A stretch of DNA of 60,872 bases, filler included. It is 3 parts of 3 records of this genome, joined end to end, with 100 filler letters (N's around TTAATTAATTAA, not from the genome) between each part and the next. Parts side by side here need not be neighbours in the genome. Positions count along the whole stretch, not along the records: positions 1 to 21,751 come from SRR31156797_2987; positions 21,852 to 52,819 come from SRR31156797_2989; 1 more part is not named here. One strand, 5' to 3'. The notes under the pieces are model-generated. The model searched no databases. It was given only the letters and a program-made list of their open reading frames with translations, and was not told the origin of the DNA. Numbering within the stretch: position 1 is the stretch's first letter; each line of letters starts with the position of its first letter. Shown here one piece after another: positions 20,239-29,557 of this stretch. The position numbers were made by a program, and so were the translations under genes.

Positions 20239-21301
20239 ATCCATTTCAGGCAGGATTCTTTTAGTTTTAATGCTTTTGTTGTTCGCAACAGGGCTAGCGC
20301 AGGCTGGAAATGTATCGGTGGATTACTTTTACGAAAACGGATGTCTCAAATGCGAAAAGGCTTCTCCTGTGATAGAGGATGTAGTTTCCCAATATCCCGA
20401 AGCTAACCTTTCAGTTTATGAGATCAGTTCTTCTTTTAGTCTGGCAAAGCAGTATGGGGTGACAACTGTTCCTGCTGTTGTGGTAAACCGGAGTCTTGTC
20501 ATAAGCTATGACGACTACAATGGTGATACGAAATTGCTTGAAACAATGCTTTCAGAAGCGATTGAAAATGCACCATCTGTTCTTGTTCATACAAACACAT
20601 CACAGTTGCCAGATAGTAACGATCATAATCTTTTTGTCATTTTCATTGCAGGACTTCTTGCCGGATTCAATCCCTGTCTAATTGCGGTTATGGCTTTCCT
20701 CGCCTCGCTCGTTGTCTCTTCTGGCGGCTCACGCAGGGACATGTTTGTACTTGTCATCGGATTCTGTGCAGGTATATTCGCAACCTATATGGTCGTAGGA
20801 TTTGGAATATTGAACACCATCAGTTACTTCCCTGATATCCGTGAGGTCATAACGACACTCATAGTCCTGCTGGTGGCTTTCCTCGGCCTGTGGCATATTT
20901 ATGACGCATACTACATCAGGAAGCACTCAAAGTCTTCTTTCAAAACGCCCGGTTCCTTTGTGGACTTCATGGAAAAGGCAGAGGGCACTAACATCTTATT
21001 GATGTCGTTAGTTGGTGGCAGCATTTTCTCTCTTGTTAAGGCACCATGCGTGGGTGCGGTCTACCTGATGATCCTTGAGATGCTCATAACCGGTGATGAT
21101 GTAGTAGGAGGCGCTCTTTATCTGGGTCTGTACAATCTGGGTGTTGTACTTCCTATATTGATACTCGGTGCGCTGCTGACCCTTGGCCTTGACCCTGAGA
21201 AGGTCAACGAGTTCAGGGAAAAAAGGCGTGTTGAGGTTCGCCTGATAACCGGTGGCATCCTGATACTGCTGGCAGTGCTACTCAATTTCAATATCATATG
21301 A
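20201..21301 (+). CDS. Thioredoxin-fold + CcdA/DsbD transmembrane fusion (thiol-redox or cytochrome c biogenesis)
   Basis: Signal peptide ending GLAQA; YFYENGCLKCE and YGVTTVPA (Trx); GLLAGFNPC and KAPCVG (DsbD-beta Cys pair); LYNLGVVLP. Start placed at ATG 20201 rather than 20129. Confidence 0.82.
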   Translation: MKKRHVHQQPVTRSISGRILLVLMLLLFATGLAQAGNVSVDYFYENGCLKCEKASPVIEDVVSQYPEANLSVYEISSSFSLAKQYGVTTVPAVVVNRSLVISYDDYNGDTKLLETMLSEAIENAPSVLVHTNTSQLPDSNDHNLFVIFIAGLLAGFNPCLIAVMAFLASLVVSSGGSRRDMFVLVIGFCAGIFATYMVVGFGILNTISYFPDIREVITTLIVLLVAFLGLWHIYDAYYIRKHSKSSFKTPGSFVDFMEKAEGTNILLMSLVGGSIFSLVKAPCVGAVYLMILEMLITGDDVVGGALYLGLYNLGVVLPILILGALLTLGLDPEKVNEFREKRRVEVRLITGGILILLAVLLNFNII

Positions 21302-21331
21302 GCGAGTAAGTTGCCTTTCTCATTCCTTCTT

Positions 21332-21685
21332 TCACGGGACAAATAAATGATATGCTAGGCTTGCTGCACAAAGGCATACGATAACATTAAGTGCTATATT
21401 CAAAAGGAAGTATTGGCTTTCTCCCTCTTCCAGCAGCTTGAAGCTTTCGAATGCAAAGGTCGAGAATGTTGTAAAAGAGCCAAGCATTCCGATGCTGACA
21501 AAAAACCTGAGGGTACCTTCTGCGGATGTGAATGTAAGTGCTGCAAGTACAAAGCTGCCCATCGAGTTCACGGTAAGGGTTCCGGCAGGGATTTCACTAA
21601 TTTTTGGAACAGCACCTGAAATGAGGTACCTGAGTATGGCACCGATAAAACCTCCGACACCTACCAGTGCAATCTCAGAGACCAC
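21332..21685 (-). CDS. crcB: Fluoride channel Fluc/CrcB
   Basis: GGFIGAILRY, PAGTLTVNSMGSF, GMLGSFTTFSTF; GGAGG RBS upstream. Confidence 0.93.
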   Translation of the reverse strand: MVSEIALVGVGGFIGAILRYLISGAVPKISEIPAGTLTVNSMGSFVLAALTFTSAEGTLRFFVSIGMLGSFTTFSTFAFESFKLLEEGESQYFLLNIALNVIVCLCAASLAYHLFVP

Positions 21686-21749
21686 TGGCTCCCCTCCTTC
21701 TCATAAGGTAGATGACAATACCCCTTCCGGCGAACACTCCGGCAAGGGT
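21675..21749 (-). CDS. crcB: 3' end of a second, upstream Fluc/CrcB paralog (truncated by the contig end)
   Basis: Minus strand reads TLAGVFAGRGIVIYLMRRRGASGL*, which resembles Fluc TM4; overlaps the crcB start by 11 nt. Confidence 0.55.
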   Translation of the reverse strand, partial: TLAGVFAGRGIVIYLMRRRGASGL

Positions 21750-21751
21750 GA

Positions 21752-21851
21752 NNNNNNNNNNNNNNNNNNNNNNNNNNNNNNNNNNNNNNNNNNNNTTAAT
21801 TAATTAANNNNNNNNNNNNNNNNNNNNNNNNNNNNNNNNNNNNNNNNNNNN
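21752..21851. other. Artificial contig linker (44 N + TTAATTAATTAA + 44 N)
   Basis: N runs flank a 12-mer with stops in all six frames; taxonomy and base composition change across it. Confidence 0.99.
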
Positions 21852-21852
21852 C

Positions 21853-22071
21853 TGCCATTACCTGGAAGGTAATTACTACGCAAGACGGAAATTCGCACTT
21901 TTGAAGGGTCTTCTGGAACATGTCGGCCTTGAACCGGGCAGGCTCCATTTTTCCTGGATATCGTCGGCTGAAGCAACCAAGTTTGTTGAAGTGGCGAATG
22001 CGGTGGCCGGCGACGTAAAGGCCCTGGGCCCGACCCGTTATTTCATTAAATCGAGAGCCGAGGTGGCATAA
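21853..22071 (+). CDS. flxD: MvhD-like [2Fe-2S] subunit FlxD, 5'-truncated
   Basis: Translated by hand: CHYLEGNYYARRKFALLKGLLEHVGLEPGRLHFSWISSAEATKF...ALGP; TAATG overlap with the next gene; absent from the ORF track. Confidence 0.85.
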   Translation, partial: CHYLEGNYYARRKFALLKGLLEHVGLEPGRLHFSWISSAEATKFVEVANAVAGDVKALGPTRYFIKSRAEVA

Positions 22072-23021
22072 TGCTCAAATACACTGAAAAAATCAGGGAA
22101 ACTGCAAAAAGGCTGCTTGCAGAAGAAAAGGTGGATGTCTTCATCGGCTACCAGAAGGGGACGGTGCCCATGATGAACGAGCCTCTGCTGGTGAACCACC
22201 CTGACAAAGTGGACCAACTCTACTGGGACAACTTTTGCGGTCTGAACCTGTGCAATTATCTGACCAAGCGAACCGATAAGATCGGCATCGTTGCCAATGG
22301 GTGTAACGCGAGAAACATCGTCACCCATATGACTGAAAACCAGATCAAGCGGGACCAACTCCATATTGTGGGCATCCCCTGCGAAGGGATGATCGACCAC
22401 CGGGCCGTGGCCCGGGCGGTCAAACATAAAGAAATTCTGGATATTCAGCAGGACGGGGCCAAATTTACGGTTAAGGGGACTGATTTTGAGGAAACTTTTG
22501 AAAAAGCAAAGTTTCTGCAAAACAACTGTGCGGTCTGCACGCACCGCAATCCCGTCATACACGATGAAATGCTGGGGGATCCGGTGGATGAGCAGACCGA
22601 TGTCAACCCCTATTCGGATGTGGAAAAGATCGAGGCCATGGATCCCGAAAAGAAGCAGGGGTTTTTCACACGGCTCATCAGCCGTTGCATCAGGTGCTAC
22701 GCCTGCAGGAATGCCTGCCCCTTATGTTACTGTCCCACCTGTTTTGTGGATGAATCCGCACCCCAGTGGGTGGGAAAAAGCATTGACCCCACAGACACCA
22801 TGACCTTTCACTTCTTGAGGGCTTATCATTGTGCGGGACGATGTACCGATTGCGGCGCCTGTGAGCGCGTCTGCCCCATGGGCATCTCCATGAGACAATT
22901 TACCAAAAAGCTCAACAAAGATACCCAGGAACTTTTCTCCTGGGAGGCAGGCCTTGATCCGGAAAAAAGACCGCCCCTGGATGTTTACCGGCCCGATGAC
23001 TATAACGATTTTATCAAATAG
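22071..23021 (+). CDS. flxC: FlxC (FrhB/FdhB-related 4Fe-4S subunit of flavin oxidoreductase)
   Basis: IGYQKG, IVGIPCEG, CIRCYACRNACPLCYC, AGRCTDCGACERVCP; order D-C-B-A. Confidence 0.8.
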   Translation: MLKYTEKIRETAKRLLAEEKVDVFIGYQKGTVPMMNEPLLVNHPDKVDQLYWDNFCGLNLCNYLTKRTDKIGIVANGCNARNIVTHMTENQIKRDQLHIVGIPCEGMIDHRAVARAVKHKEILDIQQDGAKFTVKGTDFEETFEKAKFLQNNCAVCTHRNPVIHDEMLGDPVDEQTDVNPYSDVEKIEAMDPEKKQGFFTRLISRCIRCYACRNACPLCYCPTCFVDESAPQWVGKSIDPTDTMTFHFLRAYHCAGRCTDCGACERVCPMGISMRQFTKKLNKDTQELFSWEAGLDPEKRPPLDVYRPDDYNDFIK

Positions 23022-23069
23022 GTTAGAGACGGAACCCATAGACATCATCAATAGATGAAGGTAGCTGAT

Positions 23070-24104
23070 ATGACTGATAAAGTATTCACCAAGGAAGAAT
23101 GGCTGGGGGCACTGGAAACATTGAAGGCGTCTTATAAACTCTTTGGCCCGGTGAAGGATGGTGATTTTCATACGTTCATGCCCCTTGACGGGGACAAAAA
23201 GCCGGACTTTGATTATGAAAACAGCAGGCTCTCCCCCAAATCCGTTATTTATCCGGAATCGGAGAGGATGTTTGAATACTCGCTGGACGAAACACAAGAC
23301 GATGCCCATATCCTGAAGGAATCGCCCAAGGACTATTCGCCCTGTGCAGTGTTGGGCATCAGACCCTGTGACGCTCAGGCCTTTCAAATTGTAAAACGTA
23401 ACTTTGATAATCCCGAATTCCAGGATCCCTGGTGGACCCGGCATTTTGAAGCCACCACCCTGGTGGGGCTTGGATGCAATACCCCCTGTGCCACATGCTT
23501 CTGTACCCAGGTGGGAGGCGGTCCATTCCATGAAGAAGGACTGGATGTGCTGCTCTATGACCTGGGGGATCGATTCCTGGCAAAGGGTATCACCGATAAG
23601 GGAGAAGCCCTGCTGGAAAAGACGGCGGGAAACCCGGCAGACGATGCCGCTCTTACGGCGGCGGAAGATTTAAAGCAACCGGCCCACGAAAAGGTCGTTG
23701 CCAAGGTTCCCACGGATCAATTGAAAGACAAGGTGACCAATGAACTTTTTGACGCCCCGTTCTGGGAAGAGGTGGCCTTTGCATGTCTCAATTGCGGTAC
23801 CTGCACCTACCTCTGCCCCACCTGCTGGTGTTTCGATATTCAGGATGAAGTCCAGGGGAAAGAGGGTGATCGGATTCGAAACTGGGATTCCTGCATGTTT
23901 CCCCTCTTTTCCCTTCACGGATCGGGGCATAACCCCAGAGACAACAAATTCCAAAGGGTTCGACAGCGTTTTATGCATAAACTCAAGTATTATGTGGACA
24001 AATACCAAAACGGCGTTCAGTGCTCCGGATGCGGGCGATGCGTCAGGTACTGTCCGGTAAACATCGATATCCGGAAAGTCTGCGATTTGATGAATGCGTT
24101 TTGA
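23070..24104 (+). CDS. flxB: FlxB (AsrA-like 4Fe-4S subunit)
   Basis: LGIRPCD, CFC, CLNCGTCTYLCPTCWCFD, WDSC, GHNPR, RQRFMHK, CSGCGRCVRYCPV; start may be 23055. Confidence 0.82.
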   Translation: MTDKVFTKEEWLGALETLKASYKLFGPVKDGDFHTFMPLDGDKKPDFDYENSRLSPKSVIYPESERMFEYSLDETQDDAHILKESPKDYSPCAVLGIRPCDAQAFQIVKRNFDNPEFQDPWWTRHFEATTLVGLGCNTPCATCFCTQVGGGPFHEEGLDVLLYDLGDRFLAKGITDKGEALLEKTAGNPADDAALTAAEDLKQPAHEKVVAKVPTDQLKDKVTNELFDAPFWEEVAFACLNCGTCTYLCPTCWCFDIQDEVQGKEGDRIRNWDSCMFPLFSLHGSGHNPRDNKFQRVRQRFMHKLKYYVDKYQNGVQCSGCGRCVRYCPVNIDIRKVCDLMNAF

Positions 24105-24207
24105 CGGGTATTCGGTTTAAAGTTTAAGGTGCCGACAGCACTGATATGGAAAGATTGTAAGCAATGCGCCGGGTGCGATGCCCGGCGCAACAAAGAGGGG
24201 GGTTCAA

Positions 24208-25050
24208 TTGGGAAATCCTTATTTACCCTATCCTGTTCGCATTGACAGGATTGTCACGGAAACAGAGGACAAAAACCTCAAGACTTTCAGGTTTGTATTT
24301 CTCAACCCGGAAGACGAGGAGAAATTCGCCTATACACCCGGGCAATTTGGAGAATTGTCCATTGCCGGAAAAGGAGAAATTCCCATCGGCATCGCGTCCT
24401 CGCCGACGGAAAAAGGGTTTGTGGCTTTCACGGTCAACAAGGTGGGGCTCGTCACCACGCATCTTCATAACATGAAAGAAGGGGATATCATGGGGATTCG
24501 AGGTCCCCTGGGCAACTGGTATCCCTGGGATGAAATGGAAGGGAAACATGTGGTTATCGTGGGCGGTGGTTTTGCTTTCACCACCCTCAGAAGCAGCATC
24601 ATCTATATGCTGGATCCTGAAAACAGGTCCAAGTTCGCGGACATCTCCGTGGTGTACGGTGCCAGAAGTCCCGGGATGCTCCTCTACAAGGACGAGCTGG
24701 CCGCATGGGAACAGCGCGACGACATCAACATGCACATCACGGTAGACGGTACCGACGATCCGGACTGGAAGTACAATGTGGGATTCGTCCCCACCATTAC
24801 GGAACAAAAGATCACCAGCGCGGAAAACGGCATCGCCATCGTTTGCGGCCCGCCCATCATGATCAAATTCACCCAGCCGGTTCTTGAAAAGCTGGGGTTT
24901 TCACCGGATCGAATTATCCTCTCCCTTGAAATGCGCATGAAATGCGGCATCGGCATTTGCGGCAGGTGCAACATCGGAGATCAGTACGTTTGTAAAGACG
25001 GCCCGGTTTTTCCACTGGCCCAACTTAAAAACATGCCGGGGGAATATTAG
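24208..25050 (+). CDS. flxA: FlxA (AsrB-like FAD/NAD-binding [2Fe-2S] subunit)
   Basis: PGQF, GEIPIGIAS, GIRGPLGN, VGGGFA, YGARSP, VCGPPIM, RMKCGIGICGRC, VCKDGPVF; TTG start after GAGGGG. Confidence 0.85.
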   Translation: MGNPYLPYPVRIDRIVTETEDKNLKTFRFVFLNPEDEEKFAYTPGQFGELSIAGKGEIPIGIASSPTEKGFVAFTVNKVGLVTTHLHNMKEGDIMGIRGPLGNWYPWDEMEGKHVVIVGGGFAFTTLRSSIIYMLDPENRSKFADISVVYGARSPGMLLYKDELAAWEQRDDINMHITVDGTDDPDWKYNVGFVPTITEQKITSAENGIAIVCGPPIMIKFTQPVLEKLGFSPDRIILSLEMRMKCGIGICGRCNIGDQYVCKDGPVFPLAQLKNMPGEY

Positions 25051-25052
25051 GC

Positions 25053-25700
25053 TTAACCTTGAAGGCCCGTGATAACCCCATGGCACCGGCATGCGGTGCT
25101 TAGCAGGATGGGACCACGGGCCCTTTCCATTCGGTGGGCCAATTCAAAAAGTTCTTCCACACCATATCCTCCGATACCGGCTCCCAGTTGATGACTGCGG
25201 ATCACATAGGTTTTCCAGGGGGAAAAGTGAATCTCACCGAGCAATTCAAACATATTCTGCTTTCGGGGCCCTCCCGTATAAGTGCAGCGATCCCGGGGCT
25301 CGGCACAATCATCCGGGCAGAGAAAATCCGCATGGCTCACAAATATATTACCGTTCTCGACCCGCAGGGGATGGGGGAGGAGAGGATCCATCTCAGCGGG
25401 GATAGGGATCCGCCTCAAATTCTGATTACGTTGCCCCAGCAGGCACCACTCCACCGCCAGGTGAATGGGAACCGCCGGAACAATCCAGTCGGGATGATGT
25501 TCCGCCCCTTTCATCAGATGTTCCGCCAGGTAGGCCGCCCCGTCAGCCTTAACAAGGGTTCTACCGGGACCCTTGGCAACATTTAGTTTTTCCGCTTTCA
25601 AGTCCACCAGAACGAGATGCAGGTCTTTGATTTTAGCGCTTAGACGATCCGCCGCCAAACGTCCGAAACGTCCGGCCCCGATAATCCATATTTTTTTCAT
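25053..25700 (-). CDS. NAD(P)-binding Rossmann (TrkA-N-like) protein with Cys-rich C-terminal domain
   Basis: MKKIWIIGAGRFG; PAVPIHLA; CPDDCAEPRDRC; SHQLGAGIGG; STACRCHG. Start moved to 25700 because the upstream extension is REP sequence. Confidence 0.7.
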   Translation of the reverse strand: MKKIWIIGAGRFGRLAADRLSAKIKDLHLVLVDLKAEKLNVAKGPGRTLVKADGAAYLAEHLMKGAEHHPDWIVPAVPIHLAVEWCLLGQRNQNLRRIPIPAEMDPLLPHPLRVENGNIFVSHADFLCPDDCAEPRDRCTYTGGPRKQNMFELLGEIHFSPWKTYVIRSHQLGAGIGGYGVEELFELAHRMERARGPILLSTACRCHGVITGLQG

Positions 25701-25718
25701 ATGAAACCCAGAATTGAT

Positions 25719-25794
25719 GTAGGGGCAACCCCCCGTGGTTGCCCGTTTATCCGTTTTACCCGTTATCGGGGCGGCCACGGGGGGCCGCCCCTAC
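25719..25794. repeat. Inverted pair of GTAG-type REP hairpins (REPIN-like)
   Basis: GTAGGGGCAACCCCCCGTGGTTGCCC ... GGGCGGCCACGGGGGGCCGCCCCTAC; each half is a hairpin and the pair is inverted. Confidence 0.75.
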
Positions 25795-28700
25795 GCGTGA
25801 TCTTTCAACAGGCGGATATCCAATGGGCCGGCGCCCGTATCCATGTGCACATCCCGCTGAGCAAAGGGAATCTCGATGCCCTCTTCCTGGAAGATCTGGT
25901 TAATCTGATGCCGAATCTGGTTCTGCACCTTAATGGCGTCTGAAAGGGGGACAAACACGCGCAGCTTGAAATCCAGTGAGTCGGCTCCAAACCCTTCAAA
26001 ATAGACGCTGGGACCTGGATTGTCCAAAACCAACCTGTTTTCCTTGGCAATTTTGAGCAGCAGTTCTTCCGCTTTTTTTGCATCGGAACCGTAACCGATG
26101 CCCACATCAATGACCACCCGCCTGACTTTGTCCGACAGGGACCAGTTGGTGATTTTTTCAGAGAGAAAGGCCTGGTTGGGAACGATCAATTCACGCCGGT
26201 CCCAATCGGTGATGGTGGTGGAACGGATACGGATTCTTGAAACCTTACCGGAGGAGCCGGCCACCGTCACCGTATCCCCCAGTCGAATGGGTCGTTCAAA
26301 CAAAATGATGATCCCGGATACGAAATTGGCAAAAATATCTTTTAAGCCGAAACTTAAGCCCACGGTCATGGCGGCAGCCAGCCATTGAAACTGCTTCCAC
26401 CCGATACCAAGAGCATTCAGTCCCGCAAACAGGCCCACCATAAAAATGGCATACTGGAAAATGAGGCCGAAAGACTGCTGGCTCCCCGCATCCAGCCTGG
26501 AACTTCTGGCCATTAGAATTTCCAGGAGCGCGGTTCCCGATTTGACTGCGATGAAAGTTGCCATAAAAATGATGATGGCGATGATGAGGTTGAGCAGGGT
26601 GATGGCTTTCAAAATGGGTGTACCGGCTTTGTCCACACCGATTTCAGTATTCCAGAGCGGTATATTTTCCAGGAAACGGAAAGCGGGAAACGCATCGGCC
26701 CAAATGAAGCAGAGTCCGAAAAAGCCCAGCACGAGAATGGTCGATCGGATCAGCATGGATGTCTGGGTATTGATTTCCTGAAGATCCAGGGCCGGTGCGG
26801 AAACGGGCGGGAGTGACTCGATGCTTTCTTCCGGATTCAGATCAGCTTCTCTGGCCTTCAGGGCTGCCTCTTCCTGTTCCCGCTGGGCCTTTTGAAGGGC
26901 CAGTTTCATTTGGGCCGCCCGAAGCCCCCGCAACATCAATGCATTGGCGGACACCAGCAACAATACCAGCCAGGCCATATCCGCAAGGCCCCAGGCCAGC
27001 TGATAGGCTGTAAAATAGTACCCCAGAATCGACAGAACCATGGCCGCCACGGGGCAGAGAAGGAGTAGGGTCGACCAGACGGGAAAATATTTGCTGAGCC
27101 ATCCGTTACTGCCCCCCTTGTGGACGACCTGGGCCAGGGGGCTCGATCGTCTGAAGGAGCGCCATAAAACGAGGAGCAGGGGAATCATGACAAAAAGGAA
27201 CAGGATCCGTCCCAGGGAGCTCCTGAATCCCTGGGCCTGGGGACCATTTTGTATCATCACCACCATAAACAGCAAAGGCACGAAAATGATGAACAATGTT
27301 CTGGCGGAACGGACCAGGGAAACACAGACTTCTTCATGCCACAAAAAATGGCTCCTTCCCGGACCGCCCTTTTTTAGGAGCTGTACCGTCAGCCTCAGGA
27401 AAATTATGGCTTCCAGGGCCACGGCCAATCCTGAGCAGACCGCCCGGGTAAAATAGTCCGCCGTGGGGAGTGCTTTCAGATGAAGGGTCGCCACATAGAG
27501 GATGATGGGAAAGGCGGCGGCCCGGATGAATGTCCAGAGCAATAACGCCAGGGTTCCGGCCATCCCTTCCGTGGCCGATTTTTCCTGGTGGCGCACGATT
27601 TTTCGTCTGACCCACGGTTTTGAAAACAGAACCGCCAGAAGTCCCAGGACGAGAAGTCCCCAGATGGCAGGTCGACTTTTCATGGACCAGCTCACATCCC
27701 GCAGAAATTTCCGCCAGTTTTCAGGGTCAAACCCCCATAAAAGGACTTTCTCGGAAGTATTTATGTCCGAGAAGGAAATTAATTCTGCACTCTGGGTCCA
27801 CAAAAGACGCTGGTTGATAAAATCCCTGTATTCCTCGGACAGGGTATCCAGTTTCTTCTGGGCCGCCTCCTGGGCATTGATCTTTTTCAGGTAATTGATA
27901 TAGGAGTTTCCGGTCTCTTCATACAATTTCCGCCTGCTTTCCAATAGAAGAAACGCCTGCATGGTGAGCGCTTCGTTCTGCTTGGGGGAAAGGGACGGTT
28001 CCAGGGTGTCCAGTTGATCGTAAATACTGTTTTTTAAGACCAGGTAGTCCTGGCGTTCCTGAATCAAATCGTCACTGGCCAGGTTGACCCGGAGGATCTC
28101 ATTGCGGCGTTCAAGGGCCACCCTTGAATTTGCGCGGCTTTTTCGAAGGGTTTCCCGCCGGGACTGAAGCCACTGTGCCGCTTTCCTGGTGAGACCCATC
28201 ATTTTAACCCGCCTGCGGGTGAGTTCAAAGTCCTTTTCAGTCTGTGCCACACGGATTTCCAGCAGTTTGGCGGTTTTGTCAGCCTGCTGCTCCTTGGCAT
28301 CCAGCTCGATCAGGGTTTCAGACAAGGCCAGATTCTGCTCTCCCAGTTTTTTTAAAAAATTGCCTGCCCCGGGCCAGTCCTCATGAGTCATTTGTCTCAG
28401 GGATTCTTTGGTCTGGCGCATCTCAATATAGCCCACATCGCTCTGCCGGTGCTCCCGCACCGACTCCCATGTTTTGATAAGGGTTTCCAAGCGGTGAACT
28501 TTCCGGGTAAAAAGGGCCTGCTGGTTCTGGGTGAAGGCCATTTCCCGTTTGGAAATGTCCACCTCCCGATCCGCCACCTTGAGCTGGGCCTCCAGGGCGG
28601 CCTGTTGCGCCCGAAGGCTGGTTCTTCTGGCACGGATCAGACGGGGTGATTCATTTTCGGGCTTGGGTCGGGCCAGCTTTTCCTGCAGTTCAGACAAGGT

Positions 28701-29270
28701 CTGTTCATATTGTGCAATGCTACGGCGTAACTGGGCGGGCTGCTTGAGCAAATCCTGCAGCTTCTGTTGTTTGGTTTCGAGCTGGATTTGAGCTTCTGCC
28801 AGTTGGACATGCAGACCGGCAATTTCCCCCTCGATCTCCACCAGGGCCATGGCCTTGGCCCGTTCTTCCACGGCGGCTGCCCGAACCGGCTTTACCTGAC
28901 CCCTGGACAGATCCTTCGGGTGGGGCAGATCTTTAAGGGTCGCGGCGTATTCAGACATGCGTGCCAGGGCTTTTTCACGGCGCTGTAGCGAATCGATGGC
29001 TTTTTGATAAAATGAGACAATCCGCTCTTTGCTTTCGGGTGACAGTGTGGGTGCCGCTTTGGCCATTCGAATCCGTTCCTCCAATGCCGGCACCGTCAAC
29101 TCCGGCAACCCGTCCATTGAGGGGGAAACCGTTTGTTCGATACCTTGTGCCCCTGTGGACCCACATGGCGCTGGCATTACAACCAGAAAAAGTAAACAGA
29201 ACATAAGAGACGCAGCTAAAATTGTCGTTTTCCGTCGGTTCCCGGTGAAAGAGAGATAACCCATTGACAT
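25791..29270 (-). CDS. Large MscS-family mechanosensitive channel (MscK/KefA-like)
   Basis: Signal peptide, long periplasmic coiled coil, multi-TM block, GLSFGLKDIFANFVSGIIILFERPIRLGD, IRSTTI, IVPN, ITNWS, GIEIPF. Confidence 0.9.
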   Translation of the reverse strand: MSMGYLSFTGNRRKTTILAASLMFCLLFLVVMPAPCGSTGAQGIEQTVSPSMDGLPELTVPALEERIRMAKAAPTLSPESKERIVSFYQKAIDSLQRREKALARMSEYAATLKDLPHPKDLSRGQVKPVRAAAVEERAKAMALVEIEGEIAGLHVQLAEAQIQLETKQQKLQDLLKQPAQLRRSIAQYEQTLSELQEKLARPKPENESPRLIRARRTSLRAQQAALEAQLKVADREVDISKREMAFTQNQQALFTRKVHRLETLIKTWESVREHRQSDVGYIEMRQTKESLRQMTHEDWPGAGNFLKKLGEQNLALSETLIELDAKEQQADKTAKLLEIRVAQTEKDFELTRRRVKMMGLTRKAAQWLQSRRETLRKSRANSRVALERRNEILRVNLASDDLIQERQDYLVLKNSIYDQLDTLEPSLSPKQNEALTMQAFLLLESRRKLYEETGNSYINYLKKINAQEAAQKKLDTLSEEYRDFINQRLLWTQSAELISFSDINTSEKVLLWGFDPENWRKFLRDVSWSMKSRPAIWGLLVLGLLAVLFSKPWVRRKIVRHQEKSATEGMAGTLALLLWTFIRAAAFPIILYVATLHLKALPTADYFTRAVCSGLAVALEAIIFLRLTVQLLKKGGPGRSHFLWHEEVCVSLVRSARTLFIIFVPLLFMVVMIQNGPQAQGFRSSLGRILFLFVMIPLLLVLWRSFRRSSPLAQVVHKGGSNGWLSKYFPVWSTLLLLCPVAAMVLSILGYYFTAYQLAWGLADMAWLVLLLVSANALMLRGLRAAQMKLALQKAQREQEEAALKAREADLNPEESIESLPPVSAPALDLQEINTQTSMLIRSTILVLGFFGLCFIWADAFPAFRFLENIPLWNTEIGVDKAGTPILKAITLLNLIIAIIIFMATFIAVKSGTALLEILMARSSRLDAGSQQSFGLIFQYAIFMVGLFAGLNALGIGWKQFQWLAAAMTVGLSFGLKDIFANFVSGIIILFERPIRLGDTVTVAGSSGKVSRIRIRSTTITDWDRRELIVPNQAFLSEKITNWSLSDKVRRVVIDVGIGYGSDAKKAEELLLKIAKENRLVLDNPGPSVYFEGFGADSLDFKLRVFVPLSDAIKVQNQIRHQINQIFQEEGIEIPFAQRDVHMDTGAGPLDIRLLKDHA

Positions 29271-29557
29271 ATTTCCTCCTGCTCATATGAGCTTGATTAC
29301 GATTATTGAAATTTTCAGCACAGCCAACCTTGAAAACATACGTGCAGGCGATTTTCTTGTCAACCGCTTCCGGAAAATTTCGCTTTTAACCCGCTCTTTA
29401 GGTCAGTAACCGGTTTCACCCAAAAAATTGATCTCGAAATCCTAGGAGTGTTTTGCAACCTGCTTTTTTCTTCACATTCAAGGTTTGTTTGTTGTATATA
29501 AAGGTCCATATTCTTCAATTATAACGGTTTATGGCACAAAATGCCGGAGATGCTCTA

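Noticed and set aside
21690-21751. Fluoride (crcB) riboswitch upstream of crcB
   Set aside because: GGAGTGTTCGCC superficially resembles the aptamer, but the conserved GGxGAUG start is missing. The segment reads better as the coding tail of a second Fluc gene.
21752-21851. Archaea-to-bacteria horizontal transfer junction, or TTAATTAATTAA as a biological motif
   Set aside because: Standard artificial linker with six-frame stops, flanked by N runs.
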